The position numbers and the translations under genes were made by a program. The notes below the pieces were generated by a model. It was not told the DNA's origin. It ran no database searches and saw only the letters and a program-made list of their open reading frames with translations. From Gammaproteobacteria bacterium (GTDB taxonomy: Bacteria; Pseudomonadota; Gammaproteobacteria; JAJFKG01), in NCBI GenBank assembly GCA_965116795.1, contig OZ220716.1, positions 618,503 through 682,502 on the forward strand: a stretch of 64,000 bases of DNA, given 5' to 3'. The number at the start of each line of letters is the position of its first letter. The first letter of the stretch is position 1. Shown here in pieces: positions 58,640-64,000 of this stretch.

Positions 58640-59934
58640 TAAAATGTCCTCTTGATACTGTTAGCAACTTCAGGCTAAACCATCAAAAAACACTATGCAC
58701 GCACTTTTGCGGGAAGCATACGATGAAGTGCAATTAGTGCCAGAGATCTTCAGGCCATTAAAAATCATGATTGATCATTATCGTGGTGATGCTGATGGCG
58801 GTCGCGGAAAGTTTTTATTAACCGGTTCAGCCAGCATTATGGCATTGCCTGCATTATCAGATGCCTTAGTTGGACGCATGGCATTACATACCCTCTTACC
58901 ATTTTCTATGCGCGAAATTAGTGTGTGTGGTGCAAATGATTTTATTGAACAAGTGTTTGCGGCTGATTGGGATGTTACCCAAACTGATACCACTGATCTC
59001 AATACCATGTTAACTAGAGCATCATTTCCCGAGTTGTTATCATTAAATACAGTAGAAGCACGCCATACATGGTGTGATAGTTATTTAAATACATTGTTGC
59101 AACGCGATGTGCGCACTTTATTAGAAGTTGATAAACTCGCAGTTTTGCCCAATTTATTACGTTTAATAGCAACGCATAGCGGTAGCATATTAAATACTGC
59201 ATCGTTATCTCGTACTATTGGTTTAAATCATGTTACAACTAAAAAATATTGCCTATTACTGAATAGTTTATTTCTAACCTTATCTATACCGGCATGGTCG
59301 GTTAATCTTGGTAAGCGCTTAGTGAAATCTCCAAAGATATATTTAACAGACATCAATTTATTAGGGTATTTACTTAATATTCACCTCAATGAATTACATC
59401 AACAAAACCCGATGTTATTGGGCCAAGTCTTAGAAAATGCGGTTGCCATTGAATTAAGTAAACAAATTGCATTCTCAAAAACACGCGTGCATTTGTACCA
59501 TTACCGCACCAGTGCTGGGCAGGAAGTCGATTTTATTCTAGAAGATAGTCGTGGTCGTGTGGTTGCTATTGAAGTTAAAGCTAGCAGCAAAGTAACGGCC
59601 AATGATTTTCGGCATGTATTAACCTTAAAAGACGCATTGGGTAAACGCTTTCATCGAGGTTTTATTATTTATCAAGGCGCTGATAGCGTGGCATTTGCTA
59701 ATGACTTATTTGCTATTCCGTTTAATGCGTTGTGGGCGTGATGTATGCGGTATGCTTGAATTGGCTTTGTTGGCTGTGTGATGTTGTCACGGTTATGTAT
59801 GTCCACTCCACACTAAATTGCACTAAGTGCAACCTACTGTAGAGTAGATTGCTAGGAACTCCGATAACATCATCATGTTATGGGATTTTTTATGCTGGGG
59901 CGTTGTTCCTAAACCCCGCAAACCAAGCCTATAG

Positions 59935-60005
59935 ATCTCTACACAAGTAATGCAACTACCTCCTCCCGATGGCTATCACCCCGCGGCTTGATCGCGGGGG
60001 CCAGG
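59935..60005. repeat. Further copy of the 55481 REP mosaic unit
   Basis: CTCTACACAAGTAATGCAACTACCTCCTCCC..TATCACCCCGCGGCTTGATCGCGGGG. Confidence 0.65.
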
Positions 60006-60633
60006 GAATCGTGTGTATTTTCTGATGCTTACTATGGTTTTATCTCTGAGCTTGATCCAGGAACGGAAAAAGAAAGAGTCATAGGGTGACGCCAATCAGA
60101 GAATGATCGAGCCACAGATGCTTATTCTGAGTGTGGATTGGGAACAAGCGCCAACAAGAAATCATAATCTTCATTTTATCCCATAGTTACGCTCACTTAG
60201 ACGTTAACAGGCTCGTCAAAAATGCCTCGAGAAACTTCAGAATAGTGCTTATTTTGACCAGAAAAGGTGTGTTTTGGTCATAACTATTGCAATTGTGTTT
60301 ATTTTTTGATACCTTTCCTCTCCGCTTAGACAAGCGATTGTCATTACGGACAACACGATAAATCTGCTCACAATGGAGCCATTGCAGATACAAAGCAGCA
60401 GAAGTTGCTTGGGATATTAGATAGCAAGGTTGCATATCACTCGCGCAGGCAAGCGCACGTTAAAACATTATAAAACAGCAATTTGACACAATACTGAATA
60501 GATAAATCAAGATGATTTGTTTTTAATTAAAACTAATACCAATAGTGTATTTGGTTTTAATGGATAATTATTCACAGTGAATAATCATCCAGCAATAATT
60601 TTATTTTAATAATTATTATATAAGGGGTTAATA

Positions 60634-62175
60634 ATGAAAACAGGCAATGCTTGTAGTAAGCAATTTATTTTCGGCACATTAATCGCAGCAACTATCATGG
60701 CAGTTGGTTTGATATCAAGCCAAGTAATCGCTGAGGTAGCAGAACAATCGGCGATCCAACCAGCACCGATCCAAGCAAATTACAGTGATACTGGCAGCCA
60801 TTTATTTAGTTCAGGCACATTAAGTACGGGTGGTTATTACGATACGACATTGGGCGCGTTTGCCGATGGTAAGTTGTCAGCCTATCTTGGTGGCAGTGAC
60901 CAACATGCTGTAGCGTTAGAATTTGTCGGTGGTGCTAACCAATACCGAGTGAATACAACGTACGGTTTTGCATTAACCGATAACCAACGAATTAAACTCA
61001 CCTACGATTATCTAACCCAATACCACAATTTTAAGTTTGATTTAGGCGACACTAATCGTTGGGTAAAACAACATGCAGTGGGTGGTGCGTACGCGTACTT
61101 GTTTGATAACCCCTACGTAGAATCGATTGAAGTAGGTGGTTACTACTCGACATCACCAAGCCAAGGCTTATCAACTCAAACTGAAACAACAGACACAACT
61201 ATCAAAACCAATGAACGTCGTATTGCCGGTGCTACCAGTTGGCATGCCTACACTGATTTAGCATTACGTTTATGGCCGCACAGTCGTTTGATCGGTGGTA
61301 TGGACTATGACTATGTCAATTTTGATACCCAGAACTCCAACACGAAAACGGTTAACGGCGTTGGTGGTCACGTACAAGTGGAACAACGTGTACTACCACA
61401 AGTTAAAGTGACTGGTATGGCACGTTTCCAACAACAACAACGCGAGTACCTGGGTTCAGTAGGTTGGTTATTGCCATCACTACACGGGATGCAATTGGAG
61501 TTAGCTGCGGTGACGGATTACATTGACAGCATTGCTACCAAACGTCATTTCTTTATTAATGGTGCACGTTTAAGTGTGGCATTAGGTACATCAAATGGTC
61601 GTTATGCTGAGTTAGATGATAACGGTAAACAAAGTCTATTAGCCTGGGTGCGTACCCCAGCTGTGCGTATGAATGATGTGTTAGCAATTGCAGATGGGAA
61701 AAGCCAGTTCCTAGATATTGATCCACAGTATGAATCAAAAACACTCATACCAGAAGCAAATCGGATTCGGTGTAGTGCTAACAAAGATGGAGACGGAAAT
61801 GTAACTAGCATTACTTGTATAAGTGATGATGGACTTTGGAAAGGAACGGTAACTGAAGTGGATTATGAGGGTTTAGATGCTCTTGTTGATGAAGAAACAG
61901 GTGAAGTGTTGGTGAATTTGAAATTCATAGAAGCAATCTACATCCCTGATGGTACAGAACATTTATTAATGGCTAAATATAAAGATCCAGGAACTCTTTT
62001 CGAAGCAACTTTAACATCGAATTCTAACAGTTATTTACAGGTTATTGATGTTGATAAAGAAAGTGATAGTAGTCTATGGACTCCTACTGATGAAGTAGAT
62101 GGCCATCTATCGTGTTCTTTTGGAGAGAATATCACTGTTGACCAATGCCAATTCCTCGTACCAGCAGGTAGTTAA
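60634..62175 (+). CDS. Secreted protein: conserved beta-barrel-like N-domain plus variable Cys-containing C-domain (paralog 2)
   Basis: Signal peptide; shares RVN.TYG.ALT..QR.KLT, AVG..YAYLFDNPY, GGMDYD, QREYLG..GWLLPS and W.RTPAVRM with paralog 1. Confidence 0.65.
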   Translation: MKTGNACSKQFIFGTLIAATIMAVGLISSQVIAEVAEQSAIQPAPIQANYSDTGSHLFSSGTLSTGGYYDTTLGAFADGKLSAYLGGSDQHAVALEFVGGANQYRVNTTYGFALTDNQRIKLTYDYLTQYHNFKFDLGDTNRWVKQHAVGGAYAYLFDNPYVESIEVGGYYSTSPSQGLSTQTETTDTTIKTNERRIAGATSWHAYTDLALRLWPHSRLIGGMDYDYVNFDTQNSNTKTVNGVGGHVQVEQRVLPQVKVTGMARFQQQQREYLGSVGWLLPSLHGMQLELAAVTDYIDSIATKRHFFINGARLSVALGTSNGRYAELDDNGKQSLLAWVRTPAVRMNDVLAIADGKSQFLDIDPQYESKTLIPEANRIRCSANKDGDGNVTSITCISDDGLWKGTVTEVDYEGLDALVDEETGEVLVNLKFIEAIYIPDGTEHLLMAKYKDPGTLFEATLTSNSNSYLQVIDVDKESDSSLWTPTDEVDGHLSCSFGENITVDQCQFLVPAGS

Positions 62176-62273
62176 GCGATAAACCAAACTGGTCATAACT
62201 ATAAAAGGATATAGGTTAGTTTAGGTTACACAATTTATTTTTTAGTAATTAGATAACAACAAGGGTGAAAATA

Positions 62274-64000
62274 ATGAGTCGCAAAAATAGCAAGCAATTA
62301 AATAAAGAGTTAAAGTTTCAGACAAAAAAACAGCGATTACATGGTGGCAGAAACCAATTTGGTCCTGCGAAAAAACGTGACATACAACGTATGGAGCAGC
62401 AACAATTTTTCAGCTCAACGCCTTGGAAACATACTCCACCTGCTGGAGTGACTTTGTTGTTATTGTCGATGATGGTGGGTTCAGCTGCAATCCAGGCAGG
62501 CCGAGAAATGTCAGAACGAGGGAATAGCAATTTATCATCTAGAGAACGTCGCCCTCGTCAGTTTGACTCAATGATAAGTCCTTCACCGAGCCCCTCATTG
62601 AGCCCATCGCCGAGCCCGAACTCACGAGAGTTGACATCTGAAGAACAAATCGTATTACAAAGTGTTAACGATTGTTTGGACGCTGAGCCGAGTCAAGCCA
62701 ATTATACCTCTGTTGTGTGTGATGATGCAGCTGAAAAGTGTATTGAATATATGACAGATGCTGATTCTGCGGGTGAGCTCGGTGATGTAGGTTCTACTAG
62801 TATAACTTCTACAGACATAGGTAAACTTTGTGATAGGTTTGTAGATGGCTATAATGGTAATTCGGGTTTAACGAGTCAGAGTTTAAGTTTATCACCAAGC
62901 CCGAGTGTGAGTCCGAGTCCGTCGCTGGTTCCAAGTTTGAGTCCGTCGCTGGTTCCAAGTTCGAGTCCGTCGCCGGTTCCAAGTTCGAGTCCGTCACCGG
63001 CTCCAAGTTCGAGTCCGTCACCGGTTCCAAGTTCGAGCCCATCGCCGGCTCCGAGTTCGAGCCCATCGCCGATTCCAAGTTCGAGTCCGTCACCGGCTCC
63101 AAGTTCGAGTCCGTCACCGAGCCCCTCATTGAGCCCATCGCCGATTCCAAGTTCGAGCCCGTCACCGATTCCGAGTTCGAGCCCATCGCCGAGTGTGAGT
63201 CCATCGCCGGTTCCAAATCCGAGTCCGTCGCCGGTTCCAAGTTCGAGTCCGTCACCGATTCCAAGTTCGAGCCCATCGCCGATTCCAAGTTCGAGTCCGT
63301 CGCCGGCTCCAAGTTCGAGTCCGTCGCCGAGTTCAAGTCCGAGCCCGTCACCGGCTCCGAGTTCGAGCCCGTCACCGATTCCGAGTTCGAGCCCATCGCC
63401 GAGTGTGAGTCCATCGCCGGTTCCAAGTTCGAGTCCGTCACCGGTTCCAAGTTCGAGTCCGTCGCCGGTTCCAAGTTCGAGTCCGTCGCCGGTACCAAGT
63501 TCGAGTCCGTCGCCGGTTCCGAGTATGAGTCCGTCGCCGGTTCCAAGTATGAGTCCGTCGCCGAGCCCAAGCCCAACTCCGTTATTGCCATGTATAGAAA
63601 CAGGAAAAGAGCTATCTGATCAGATGATGAGACTGACTATTGCTAGGGATCAGAAGGTTTCCGTGAACAAAGTTTGCGTCAATGGAGAAAATGGTCCAAT
63701 TACCGATGAGCAATTGGAGAAGTTCTTAACAACTTCCGAAAGACCTCAATTAGGTACATTGCTACGGTCTAACGGTGTGACTATGGTTGGTACAGTAAAT
63801 GGTCAAATAGTATATCAACCAGGTACACCCTATTTAGCAGGTAATTTTATTACAAGAGAATCGATTGGTGACAAATCCTTAGATGCAAGTGGATTGCTTT
63901 CCGTAGGTGCAGAATGGGTACGGGGGAGAACTCAACCAATAGAGGGTAGTGATTTTAGTAATGCTACCTTTTTAGGAGGGACGTTACCTGGCGGCCATAG
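62274..64000 (+). CDS. Large Ser/Pro-repeat protein, 3'-truncated by the window end (absent from the ORF track)
   Basis: Translated by hand, open from ATG 62274 to the window end: basic N-terminus, hydrophobic [16 protein letters not shown], Cys-containing segment, (SSSPSP[V/A/I]P)n, then globular sequence. Confidence 0.8.
   Translation, partial: MSRKNSKQLNKELKFQTKKQRLHGGRNQFGPAKKRDIQRMEQQQFFSSTPWKHTPPAGVTLLLLSMMVGSAAIQAGREMSERGNSNLSSRERRPRQFDSMISPSPSPSLSPSPSPNSRELTSEEQIVLQSVNDCLDAEPSQANYTSVVCDDAAEKCIEYMTDADSAGELGDVGSTSITSTDIGKLCDRFVDGYNGNSGLTSQSLSLSPSPSVSPSPSLVPSLSPSLVPSSSPSPVPSSSPSPAPSSSPSPVPSSSPSPAPSSSPSPIPSSSPSPAPSSSPSPSPSLSPSPIPSSSPSPIPSSSPSPSVSPSPVPNPSPSPVPSSSPSPIPSSSPSPIPSSSPSPAPSSSPSPSSSPSPSPAPSSSPSPIPSSSPSPSVSPSPVPSSSPSPVPSSSPSPVPSSSPSPVPSSSPSPVPSMSPSPVPSMSPSPSPSPTPLLPCIETGKELSDQMMRLTIARDQKVSVNKVCVNGENGPITDEQLEKFLTTSERPQLGTLLRSNGVTMVGTVNGQIVYQPGTPYLAGNFITRESIGDKSLDASGLLSVGAEWVRGRTQPIEGSDFSNATFLGGTLPGGH
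62893..63575 (+). repeat. Coding 24-bp tandem repeat (about 27 units)
   Basis: Unit AGTTCGAGTCCGTCGCCGGTTCCA and variants; a longer block is duplicated near 63160 and 63370. Confidence 0.92.

Larger units (their letters stand above)
56015..58721. mobile_element. IS66-family insertion sequence, 2707 bp, convergent tnpC -> <- tnpB <- tnpA
   Basis: Imperfect 24-bp TIRs GTATGCTTCC.G......TGCGTG; 8-bp TSD GATGAAGT at 56007-56014 and 58722-58729. Confidence 0.93.
55776..59741 (+). pseudogene. AAA_14/DUF4143-family ATPase interrupted by IS66
   Basis: 5' part carries GPRQSGKTT. Removing 56015-58729 restores VVLDEVQLVPE and a 416-aa ORF with LLTGSA, KSPKIY..D, YRT..G.EVDF and IEVK. Confidence 0.9.

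Noticed and set aside
58695-59741. Independent 348-aa gene
   Set aside because: Its first residues come from the IS right end; it is the 3' part of the ATPase starting at 55776 and lacks Walker A.
59750-59830. Third ERIC-like copy (GCTTTGTTGGCTG)
   Set aside because: Only a short 5' similarity and no matching right terminus; at most a relic.
60010-60480. Short ORFs or gene remnant between the ATPase and paralog 2
   Set aside because: Only short frames with no recognisable motif; may be decayed sequence but cannot be supported.
53999-62175. Diversity-generating retroelement behind the variable C-termini
   Set aside because: No reverse transcriptase and no TR/VR pair with adenine-specific differences in the window.
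62893-63575. Possible CRISPR array
   Set aside because: Units are contiguous 24-mers without unique spacers, they keep the reading frame, and no cas genes are present.
62809-63591. Listed minus-strand 260-aa ORF with (EPATDSNL)n repeats
   Set aside because: Antisense shadow of the tandem repeat; the + frame is open from 62274 to the window end and extends well beyond the repeat on both sides.

Overview
Replication-origin region of an AT-rich gammaproteobacterial chromosome, probably Legionellales/Coxiellales-like (inferred from gene content and effector-like genes). The core backbone is glmU-atp operon-parBA-rsmG-mnmG-mnmE-yidC-yidD-rnpA-rpmH | oriC | dnaA-dnaN-recF-gyrB, then class II nrdJ, folA, gmhB, glyS-trpS-glyQ, hslUV, argS, pilU, rdgB and transporters. 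Inserted among these are several eukaryote-like or host-interaction candidates: an ankyrin protein ending in a CaaX box, a Cys-rich multi-TM orphan, a Ser/Thr kinase-PP2C pair and a (Ser-Pro)n repeat protein that runs off the window end. The right end is an accessory region with two paralogous 'constant N-terminal beta-barrel-like + variable C-terminal domain' surface proteins. Between them lies an AAA ATPase split by a 2707-bp IS66 with a non-canonical convergent layout, whose two converging genes end on one shared palindrome. Non-coding DNA carries ERIC-like 126-bp elements (one with nested insertions, one collapsed to its termini), CGTC-tagged REP-like palindromes, two parS sites in recF and a second DnaA-box cluster near folA/nrdJ. 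No rRNA, tRNA or CRISPR array was found. All product calls come from motif recognition by eye; no database search was run.
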